This document shows, one piece after another, positions 46,101 to 57,300 of a stretch of 64,000 nt of DNA. A program made the translations under genes and the position numbers. How positions within the stretch are numbered: the stretch's first letter is position 1; each line of letters begins with the position of its first letter. Origin of the DNA: Strigamia acuminata. Lineage: Eukaryota. The notes under the pieces were generated by a model. The model saw nothing but the letters and a program-made list of their open reading frames with translations. It did not search any database and had not been told where the DNA came from. The stretch is from positions 4,464,001-4,528,000 of the forward strand of contig OX442314.1 of NCBI GenBank assembly GCA_949358305.1, read 5' to 3'.

Positions 46101-49100
46101 GAATTTCCTACCGTCACACTTTGTGCTGAAAATCGTGCTGATAAAATGGAACAAGCCAGATTGCAGTTGCTTAACCAGAAAAACAAAACCTGCAATGAGA
46201 TGTCACCATGGAAATTAGTCAACAATCAATTGTCTATGGAAGATGTTTGGAAGATTCTTAATGTCCATCCACTACTTCAAGTTAATGACAATATGACTAA
46301 GGTATTATATCCTGCCAGACACATTTTCGTGGACACCATGTTTTAGCAAATTGGGATGCTGTTGGAATAAACAAAGATAAAAATCATAATATTTACTTAT
46401 TTTTGAATACAAAAATTAAAGGAAATCAAAATCAATACAGAAATAAACTTTTAGCAGCAAAAATTCATATTTTTATGGTGACACAATTTTGTGGACACCC
46501 AAGACACAATTTTGTGGACACCTAAATCTGTTAGGTAATTTAAATTACAAAGAAAACCTTTAATATTTTGTTTGACCCTCTCTCTCTTTGATCACTTCCA
46601 CTAGTCTATGGTTGTAATTCTTGAACATATTTGCAATTTTCTCTCTTTTTTGGCTGTTAAGCACTTCCACTGCCTTCTCAATCTCATCCCATAGCTGAAT
46701 TTGTGAATTAAACTGTTTACCACCGTAAACTAGATCACTAAGCATGTGCCAAACATCCTCAGTCAAGTTTAAATCAGGGCTGTGAGCAGGCCAGTCAATA
46801 ACATCAAAATTTGCTGTCTGGAACCACTGCTTCAAATTTTAGCAGTGTGAACACTGGCATTGTCTTGTTGGAAATAATATTTGCTATCCTTAAACTTATT
46901 GTCCAGGATAGGCTTCACTTTGTTCTGTAGGTAATCAACTGCTTTCACTCGTCCTGTCATCAGGACAAACGAGTCCCCAGACCATTACACTTCCTCCGCC
47001 CATTTGTCACAATATGAGCCAAAATTATCAGGTCCATCAAATTAAAACTTCTTCCTATCACTAAAAACAGTTTTGTCAAAAGGATGATTTTCAGCAATCC
47101 ACTTTATAGCTGATTCCAGTCGGTTTTTCTTATGCTGTTTGGTCAAAGGTAATTTTTGCACAACATGCTTGTAAACAAACCCTTCTTGGGCTAATTCACG
47201 TTGCACAGTCTTAACTGAAACAGATAAATCGCAATTTTCCTTGATTTTTCTGGCTGTAACCTTCTCATCCTCTCTTTATCCTGGTTTTTTCCTTCTGTTT
47301 CAACTTAAATTTAAGTCCTCTTTTCTTCTTAACTTTCTCATAATCATTTCTCACCATTTTATGCACTGAACTTTTGAGAAGTTTGAGATCACGGCTTATT
47401 TGTCTGATCCCATGGCCACTCGCAAATAATTCCTTCACTTTGGCTATAACATCTTTCTCATACATGGCTGCATGTATTTACTAGCTTGTCTGATATCAGA
47501 TTACCATAAACTGATAATTTATTCAAAGTTTGGTTGAATACATTAGCGTATTTAGGTGTCCACAAAATTGTGTCACCATGAAAATATGAATTTTTGCTGC
47601 TAAAAGTTTATTTCTGTATTGATTTTGATTTCCTTTAATTTTTGTATTCAAAAATAAGTAAATATTATGATTTTTATCTTTGTTTATCCCAACAGCATCC
47701 CAATTTGCTAAAACATGGTGTCCACGAAAATGTGTCTGGCAGATAGATAAAACAAAACAATTACCATACAAAGTATAATGTATAATTTATATTTATAGCA
47801 CATTCTTGGTTATAAAACAGTACTAAATATAACAAGTAGTTTTATCCTGTTGCCTTTTGGTAATTGTTCACAAGTGAGGACAGGTAATGTAACTTATGTG
47901 GGAAAGTTGTATCAGTAAATTCCGTAAATACTTGTACACATTGTGCTCGATTGATTGTTGCCTTTAAGTCCACCCTAAACTTCTTCAGAGTTACAATCAG
48001 GCTAGAACATTCGTGCTGATCTATTTGTTCCGACAATCACTAATCTTGCATGGTCTATTACTAGCTAAACGGTTTTAGCACGCAAGAGTATTTGAGCCAC
48101 AAGCTTTTCTGGAGTCCTGCACATGTTGATAGATATATTGACATAGATTTTTCAAATTTCTTTAGAAAAATCAAACTACTTAACAGCAGAACTTATGATT
48201 GGGTTTGTAGGACTTTATCCTCCGGAAGTTTGCAATCAACATGTCTGGGTATGATTAAATTAAAATTAAAGCACAAATCATTTATCTAACTAATCTAACT
48301 AACAAGCAAGTTGACTAATTTAATAACCCCCATCTTTGACTCATTTTCCATCCAAGGATGACTTAAAGTTCCCAAACTCAAAAATTGCCCAAGAAAACTA
48401 TTCTTATCCCCTAATGTTTATTGTTCCTAATAAGCGCTTCACATCCCAACCTATTTATCCCAATTATTGCCAAATTTACCCAGATTCTTATTTTTATTGT
48501 GAACACAATACTCTCTTAGCTTTTGATAGGTGGCCAAGATGAAGTTTCTGACCAATAGGTACAGATGCTCTACAACTTTCTAGCCTGATTGATTTAAACG
48601 TTAGAAAGTGAATGATCTTGAAAATGACCTCCAAGGTCATATTACCCAACTTCTTATATGAGTCTAGATGCAGTTGCTTCAGAAATATTTGGTGGAAACC
48701 AGACTTTCAGGACAACCTGTATAATTATTTGTGGCATGTCAAAATTGAAAACGATGACTAGAGCCATGGAGCCATGGAACCCGTTCCATGGCTGCACATT
48801 CCCTGGGTTTGCAGAGATGTACGCTTGCAATCCCTGATAAAAAATATAATTGTTCTTCCGGCAGAGGCCAAAACTGTACCCATTGGTCCGAAACACCATC
48901 GAGGAAAACTTGATAACATTGTGCTTACAATAAAAATAAAAATAAGAATTTGGGTACATTTGACAATAGTTTGGGTCAATGTGGATGTGGTGGGATGTAG
49001 AATCTTTATTAGGAAGAAAAAACATGAGGGAAAAACAATAGTTTTCTTAGGGAGATTTTGAGCCGGGGAGTTTATGTCATTCTTGGGAGTAAAATAAGAC

Positions 49101-50484
49101 AAAGATGGGGATTTACCCCATCTTTGCTGCCTTTTAAGTTATAAAGTTACAAAGAAGGTTTAGTGAACTCTATATGCCCAGAGAAACCACTAATTTCAAG
49201 CAAATTACAATAGCTGCATTCAAAAACTCTAAAATGTATGCAAAACTCGTTTCGTGTTTGTACGTGACGTCATTCCCATTACATAACATGGGAATGCAGC
49301 TAGTACATCTGAAATTGCATCTGAAAAGGTCTGACAACTTGTTACTATTTTTAAAAGAGAGAGAGAGTTGATTACAGCGCTTGATTGGCTGAGATGGACA
49401 CCCGATCGATTCCTTTGTGGCAACGAACTGGCATATAACAGCCAGATAATACAAATGAGTGGATTCTCTAGGCCGAAAAGGGTTTATGGTAATATAAATA
49501 ATCTAAATAAAGTGGACTAACTCTTTCAAGTTTACTCAACAGTCAACACACATTTCAATGGCAATAAATAATCTTTCAGTTTTTTCTAAATGATCCAAAA
49601 GACGAAGTTAATATTTTAGCACCGCTGATGAGAAACTACAGTGGAGTGAATACGATATTTATTCGAATATTTAAGGTAACAAAATGTTAGTGCATTCAAA
49701 GTTTTAGTTTTGTAGTTTTTACAATCTGTTGTAACTTTGACAAAACCTTTTTTAAAAAATTTTAAAACTATGCTTGTCTTAATTTTATAAACAGACCTTA
49801 CGTAGAAACACCAAACATCACCCTTGCGAAAAAAACAAAACCGCTCATTTCATGTGTAAAACTGCTTGTAGAAAAAACAATTTATTTCGAAAGATCAACT
49901 GCAGGTATTTTAGAAGCCGTTACAAAACAATCTGATAAAATTTGATTGTAATCCAATCCAATCGTTTTTAAACTAAAAGAAGATTGAGACTCACTCAAAA
50001 TCCCTGTAAAAATAAGTGTGGATTACAAACAAAATTTAACAGGAGTATTTATACATAGGTTTGATTACAGTACAGTAAGCCAACTTATTTCAGATTACCG
50101 TACATGTCAACATCTAATTTGCAATCTTGCAACACAACAGAAAACGTTACTGGTGCACATTTCACGTATTTGAATAACTCTAACACAAATCAAAAACAAT
50201 GCAAATGTAAACAACCTTGTTCAAATATTTTTTACAAACCTATTTTGCACGGAAATAATGTCTTAGAGGCATTTAAGTTTTATACATTTTTGCAGTTTCT
50301 ATTTGCTGATAGTTTTATCCAGATTACGGAAGAAAAAGAAAAATATCCAACATCTCAGTTGTTAAGCGATGTCGGAAGCATTGTAGGATTAGCATTAGGA
50401 ATGTCGTTACTTTCCTTGCACATGTACATTTTAAAAGGTTATAAATGGGTTCGATACAATCTGGTTGGTCGATTTCGCCAATAG
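40143..50484 (+). CDS. DEG/ENaC gene 4 encoding two tandem channel units; exons approx. 40143-40643, 40713-40785, (unresolved), 41440-41532, 41592-41698, 45515-46301, (unresolved, about 48166-48225), 49580-49675, 49795-49904, 50094-50484
   Basis: Unit 1: TM1, LPYLMICS, CYQKC, CSCRRPC, SDLGGNLGLFLGLS. Unit 2: TM1, FPTVTLCA, CKTAC, CKCKQPC, SDVGSIVGLALGMS. Some internal exons not resolved. Confidence 0.78.
40860..41013. mobile_element. Small palindromic MITE (partial copy about 49211-49300)
   Basis: AGTAGCTGCATTCAAAAACTCTAAAACG...CGTTTTAGAGTTTTTAAATGCAGCTACT. Confidence 0.65.
41702..43341 (+). mobile_element. Tc1-like long-TIR element (copy 2)
   Basis: Near-identical to 32692-34331; flanked by TA. 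Confidence 0.88.
43517..44833. mobile_element. Solo LTR (family of 18519-19091), interrupted by a MITE
   Basis: TGTGAC...GTCACA, TSD ATTG; homology resumes on both sides of the 44136-44713 insert. Confidence 0.7.
44136..44713. mobile_element. CAC-terminal MITE with GGTGTAA/TTACACC subterminal repeats
   Basis: TA-CACTGGGAGAAATA...TATTTCTCCTGGTG-TA. Confidence 0.7.
46310..47743 (-). mobile_element. Tc1-family transposon with ~215-bp TIRs and a disrupted transposase (46560-47465)
   Basis: TIR CTGCCAGACACATTTTCGTGGACACC; HTH GHGIRQISRDLKL, FSDRKKF, FQQDNA, WPAHSPDLN, GQTKY; frameshifts. Confidence 0.9.
48325..49112. repeat. Old degenerate foldback element in an intron of gene 4
   Basis: 48328-48520 is an imperfect inverted repeat of about 48915-49112. 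Confidence 0.5.
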
Positions 50485-50867
50485 ACCTTTGGAAAATCAT
50501 GATGTAATGATCTTTGGCACCGCCCACAATAATGTGATGTATTTTGAAATTGCATTGTGAATGGTTTTTCTCGTCGAGGGGGGGCAACAATTGTTTTAAA
50601 ATACAGGAAAATGCAGAAAAAGTGCAATTTTCGTGTAAAAAAAATGCAATTTTGTGTGAAAAAAAAACAATTTTGAGTGAGAATATGCATTTTTGGAGTC
50701 AAAAAGTGCTATTTTTGGGTCAAAGAGTGCAATTTTTGGGTTAAAAACTCTCAACTTTTGTCAAAATGTAATGTTACTTCCAAGCCAAACTGCAACTTTT
50801 ACCTAAAATATTCAATTCTCACTTAAAAGTACAATAGTTACCTTAAAAAATTAATTTTACAAGTATA

Positions 50868-51626
50868 CAGGGTGGAACAAAAGTCTGTTCCCCTCAAATA
50901 TTTCCTGAGCAATTGCATCTAGGCCAACTTTGATGAAGCGATCGTATAGGAAGTTGGGTGAGAGCAATCCAATGATGTCATCAAATTTGACCTTGAAGGC
51001 CATTTTCAAGGTTATTCACTTGCTAACTTCTAAACCAATCAGGTTAGAGCAAAAAAGTCAATTACAAAGTTGTAGAGCATCATCAAATTAGTACTATCCA
51101 ACTTATCTTAGTCATCTTAAGTTAAATGTTTTCCTTTTAAAAAGAAGACAAATCAGCTGAAATAAAGCCAGCCATTGTGACAAAACTTAAATTTCTATCA
51201 CAAAAATACTGAATTACTTAAATAAACATATTCAAATGTGTATCATTATGCAAGTAAACAAGAACAACCACTGCCTTTTTTTAATGCCCTAATAATTATT
51301 TTATCACAAGAATAAAAAATTTCACTTTGCTGATTTTTTTCTGATTTGTCTCCTTTTGAAAAGGAAAACATTTAACTTAAGATGACTAAGATAAGTTGGA
51401 TAGTACTAATTTGATGATACAACTTTGTAATTGACTTTTTTGCTCTAACCTGATTGGTTTAGAAGTTAGCAAGTGAATAACCTTGAAAATGGCCTTCAAG
51501 GTCAAATTTGATGACATCATTGGATTGCTCTCACCCAACTTCCTATACGATCGCTTCATCAAAGTTGGCCTAGATGCAATTGCTGAGGAAATATTTGAGG
51601 GGGGAACAGACTTTTGTTCCACCCTG
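50868..51626. mobile_element. Tc1/mariner-type foldback MITE
   Basis: TA-CAGGGTGGAACAAAAGTCTG...CAGACTTTTGTTCCACCCTG-TA with ~280-bp arms. Confidence 0.85.
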
Positions 51627-51630
51627 TATA

Positions 51631-52951
51631 CTAGTCAAATCCATATATCCTCATACTCCTGTGAAAGTGAAAAAAATAAAATATTTGGATTGACCTAAAA
51701 TTAAATCTAGTTTAAATTAAACCTTGAAATTTTAAGCAGTTAAATAGATACATCTGAAGAAAGTACACACAAAATTTCATGCCAATCGGGCTTAAAATAA
51801 TAAAACTAGAAGCATATTTCAAAATAACATTTGATTCATATATCCTCATACCAGCTTGCACATGGTACAAATATCTTCATACTGCTTATTTTAATGTAAA
51901 ATTTTTTACATTTACACAAAATTTTTATGTGAATGTGATCATATTAGTTAAAATAGCATGTAACATTTCAATTATAGATCATTTGTCAGTAAAATGGCAC
52001 CAGGAAAGGCTGTTTTCTGCACAAATACATGCCTGAAATGGCAAAGTTGCACATTGACCGGGGTATTTTCCTTTTAAAACTTATAGTATTTCCTTAAGAA
52101 TAGCAGTGTATACTTTAATTTTATCCTTTATCATATTGCTACAGGATAATGAGTTCTTATGACCTCTGAAAAAACTTTATATCGGGTTCATCATGGCCTG
52201 AAAATTCCATCCAAATGTGCCATAGAAGTGCCAATCATTTTTTCACCTATTTGCATATATCATCAACTTCCAGTCATGCCAATCGCTTCTCCTACATGTA
52301 AATTGAGTGTTTTATCCAAAAATGTGACAAAGTACATTAATACATCAAGAACATTGTGTTTTTCATGTGATGATCAAATGGTCAATTTTTATTTTTCTCT
52401 GCTAGTGGAGCTCTGATTCCTGTGTAATTGTAAGACACATAAAAATAGTACAAGATGAGCCCGAAAGCACTATTTTATCTGACATTTTCCATGCTGCTAG
52501 CCTAGCAAAGTTACCAGGGCCCAAATCTGTCATTTGGTTCTGGTCAATGTGCAACTTTGCCATTTCAGGCATGTATTTGTGCAGAAAACAGCCTTTCCTG
52601 GTGCCATTTTACAGACAAATGATCGAAAATTGATATGTTACATGCTATTTTAACTAATATGATCACATTCACATAAAAATTTTTACATTAAAATAAGCAG
52701 TATGAAGATATTTGTACCATGTGCAAGCTGGTATGAGGATATATGAATCAAATGTTATTTTGAAATATGCTTCTAGTTTTATTATTTTAAACCCGATTGG
52801 CATGAAATTTTGTGTGTACTTTCTTCAGATGTATCTATTTAACTGTTTAAAATTTCAAGGTTTAATTTAAACTAGATTTAATTTTAGGTCAATCCAAATA
52901 TTTTATTTTTTTCACTTTCACAGGAGTATGAGGATATATGGATTTGACTAG
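51631..52951. mobile_element. Foldback element with ~430-bp arms
   Basis: TA-CTAGTCAAATCCATATATCC...GGATATATGGATTTGACTAG-TA. Confidence 0.85.
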
Positions 52952-54305
52952 TAGTGTAAATTATCTGTATTTATCTCAAAAATTTCAAATTGTGAATATC
53001 AGCTTGTTTTTAATATTCCATCCATATTTCCATTTGGAATGAGAAAATCAAAGTTGTTCTGTCAATATTGCAAGTTGTTTAAAGGTCTAGTACATTGTTA
53101 GTTTTCTTGCAAGTTCGCCACAATGTATTCATCATTTTCATAATTTTTTTTTATAAAACGATGCACAGAAAACTAAAAAAATTGGTAAATAACCCTCGCA
53201 GCCCCAACCTAAAAAAAATCTCTTACTCACCCAACCCGGGTCATTTTTTACCCCAAGCCGAAAAAATTTTTCCAAAAATGAGTGAAAATGATTTTATTCT
53301 CTGAGTATTTCATGTTTATGAAGTAATTTAAGCAATTCGGTATTTGTCAAAAGAGAGCGACAGAAATAATTGATATTGCATTAAAAATTAGGGAGTAAAC
53401 AAAGGAATTTCGTAAAAAAAAAATTTTGCGATTTTTAAATCTATTATTTTTTTTATTGTTTGTTATGATGTTAAATGAAAATACATAAAATTTCAGAATA
53501 AAAATCCCAATAGTTTTTGAGAAAAAAAATAAAAACTTTTTTGCAGGTCAAAATTGACCCTAGGTTGGGGTGGGGAGGAATAAACAACAAAAATAATGTT
53601 AAAATTGTGATATTTGCCCCCTCACCAGTTGCAGCATTGTTATGATCACATGATCTTATCACCTGACCTCATTTTTTCAAAGGTCTATTGTAGGCAATTA
53701 CATGTTTCATTAATTCAACATTGGATTGTTCCAAATGTTTGTTCACCATTACAATTTTGCACAGACTAATTGTGTCGCGTCCTACTTGGTATAGGTTTAA
53801 ATAGCGCTAACGTGTAATACTTTACCTGTGATCAATTATGTAAATACCCAAATGAATACCAAATGTATGTAAATAAACAGGTAATTTATTCACCAGGCTT
53901 TATGCCTTTAAAATACACTCAGTAACAATTCTAGAGTCGACGTGGTCAGCGTCGAACAAAGGATTTCTCAAGATGGCGTCGTCGATTCCGCGTGGTCGGC
54001 GGAACAAAGGCGGCGTCTCGAGTTGTCGTTAATTCGTCACGGATTCGTCTTCACGGACGCGGTGGAATGCTCTTTCGAGTCTTCTATCCGTGCCTGTTGT
54101 CTAGGGTTTGTTTAGCGTCGCAGAGGCCTCGTCTAGGAACTTTGGGGTTCCCTACAAAGCACTCGGACACTTACTTCGGCGAATAATCGTCTGGGCGATT
54201 ATTCTGGGTGATTTCACAAGGGCTATTCTCGTGCTTTCGCAGGAATAGCTCGCAAGTGACTTCGTGAGAGTTACAGTTTGCACTTTACTCAGCGATCCTC
54301 GATCA

Positions 54306-57300
54306 TGTAGCACTGTGGCGCAATAAATGCACGATAAATCGTGCTGGAAGCGTGAAAATAACGTGCTCACGGCAATGCATGAGCTGGAAAAATTGCCGTG
54401 ATGCGTAAACGCGAGTTCGGGTCTGTATTGGGCCAGAAAACGCGTGTACCACACTTATAAAGACGTGTGGCACATAAACTAATACTGATAATTAACAAAA
54501 TACACTTTAATTCGAGAAAACTTACATAATTGATCCAAAAACCATTTGAAAACATAGAGAAACACACTGGCTGTGTGCGCGGCCATTTGCAAAGTGCCAG
54601 AGACATCTGGTGGCCGAAAATGGAAACAATAATAATGAAAAACATAAGAACAAGATAGAGGATGCATGAAACCTAATGTATTGAGTACATTTAACCCGGT
54701 ATCATGCATTCTCCTTACAAACAAGCATGAAAACACTGAATAACCCAGGAAAATGGAAACAATTACCGATAAATGATAAAATAAACATTTTAAAGCCATT
54801 TCACATCAAAAAACGATTTAAATAACTGAAAAGTGGTTCCAAAGTCCAACAATTCCCTCCTTCGATGTAAAATGTCGGTGTTAAACGATCGAAAAAAGTT
54901 ATTTCGAGACGAAAATTCGGGATAATAAATTTCGAAGACGCTCTGAACTGAGCCACTTGGTGAAAATGTCGGATACATTTATCTCACCCGGAATCTTGCG
55001 GAGTTCGAAACAACCGGCAATATGCCACTCACGAAGCCAGTGAAACTTCACTCGAATATGTTTCGTTTTCGAGTTCTCGATGTCGTTGTTCGTGAACTGA
55101 ATCGAGGCGAGGGCATCGGAAAATATGATCGGTTTCGATAATCGACGTAAAGGCGGAAATACTTGATAAATACTGTCCAACCAGTATAATTCTTTGACGA
55201 TTTCGACTAATGCCACAAATTCGGCTTCCATAGTGGAGCAGGCAACGCTGGTCTGTTTCTTGCAGCTCCAGCCAATGGGCACACTTCCGATGTAGACAAT
55301 GTATCCGCCGAATGATCTCGATGTAGCGATGTCGGAGGCCCAAGAGGCGTCTGTGCAACCCCACAGTTGACTCGAATCGCATTTCGAAAGTTCGATGGAA
55401 TAATTACTCGTATTGGCCACATATCGAAGAACTTGAAGCAAACACTTAATGTGGCTTTGGTCGTAGCAGTTGTTGTACTGCGAGAGAGCGATGACCGAGT
55501 ATAAGATATCGGGACGAGTGCGAGAAGCGAGGAAAAGTAATGATCCGATGAGCGACCGATACGGGAAATCCGGAAGATTGTCCAACGAGCCTTTCACGAG
55601 CGTGGTTCCCGGTGTAACAGGCACTTTAATGAGTGCATCGGACGAAACATTAAACTTTTTGAGGAGTTTATCGATGTAATTGCGTTGAGTCATGAAGACT
55701 TTCCCGTCACGACGCTCGAATTCCACTCCGAGCAACTTGGTTATCGGGCCGAGGTTGACGATTTCGAACTTGCTCGTGATTAACGCAAGAATACGGTCTC
55801 GGATGTTCTCCGACGCGTAAAATAAAACGATGTCGTCAACGTAAACTAACATGATGGCCGAATGTCCAAATGCATAAACGCAATTACAAGCCGGAAATTT
55901 CTGGAATCCGAGTCCGGTTAATGTCTCGTCGAGCTTTTGGTACCACATGCGCCCCGACTGATGAAGACCGTAAAGCGACTTGGTCAACAACCAGACGTTG
56001 TCGGGCGAGGAGCATGTGGCACCGGCGGGAATCCGCATGTAGATTTCGTGGTCGAGGTCGCCGTAGAGGTAGGCACATTTTACGTCGAGATGAGTATCCC
56101 TCCATCCTAACAAGACGACTAGAAGACAGAAGAAGAATCGGATGAGCACGAAGTTAACTACCGGGCTAAAAACTTCATCGAAATCAACGCCCATTGTTTG
56201 GCGGAAACCTTGTGCGACAAGTCGGGCACGGTATCGATGAATTGTCCCGGTGGCGTCCGATTTTAACTTGAAAATCCACTTGCATCCTAGGACTGTCTTA
56301 TCGGGTGGACGCGGAACCTCTTTGTAAACCTCGCGCTTCTTGAAAGTAGAAAGCTCCTCGTCGATTGCTTCGGTCCATTTCGGTGCTTCGGGCAATTTAA
56401 CTGCTTCGGCATATGTGGCCGGTTCCCGAAAACACATGAAGACACGATGAGGCGATGGTGGAACATAGGGCATGTGGTGTTCCAAATTGCCAAAAAAGAA
56501 AATAGACTCGTCATACGGTAGCCGATGTGCGAAACAATAAGCGGCGATATCGTTTTGCGACCGCAAGCGGACACCGTGTTCCGGATAATAATAAACGTCG
56601 ACCTTGATCTTTCCCGGGATTTGATCTTTCCGGAGATGTTCCTCTCTCCTCCATCCGCTGAAGGGCGAAACGCCGCCAATAAAACTCCAAGGGCAATGAA
56701 GAGCACGTAAAGGGGCCAAATTAGGCGTACCCGGAGCGGGAATAGGCAAGGCGGCCGCTTCGTCAAGAAGGTCGTCGTCAAAGTCAGAACCCTGTACAGA
56801 CATCGCCGTGGTATCGTCAAGACATGGAAGAGTTGGGTAAGAGATCGAACGTCGCAGCTGGGGTAAACGCGTGGAACGTATGGTTGGAGAAAATTGGCCA
56901 TGTCCTGCAACGGTCGCTGCAGTAACGGAGTCATCGGCAGCGGTCACGGAGCCATCAGGAATAGCCTCACCATCCAGAGGCACGCTTGCAGCGGCGGACG
57001 GGGCAAATGAAGCGAAAGACGGAGCGGTCGAAGCGACAGACTGAGCACGACTGATAATTCCATCATCGTCACTACTGCCGGCGGAAGAATCGTTATCCGA
57101 ATCGCGACGTCGTCGAGGCCAAGGTTGAGTTGGGAAATTATCATGAAAAGTGACACGCGACGGGGTGTGGCCACGAGCAGGCTCCTCCATGGGTGGAGCA
57201 TTGTCATCCGGATCCGGAACATAAAAGGGCGAGCGTTTAAAGTTCTGCCGTTCATCGATTTGGACGTGGACAGTTTCGGTGACAGTGTTCGTAGCCGGAT

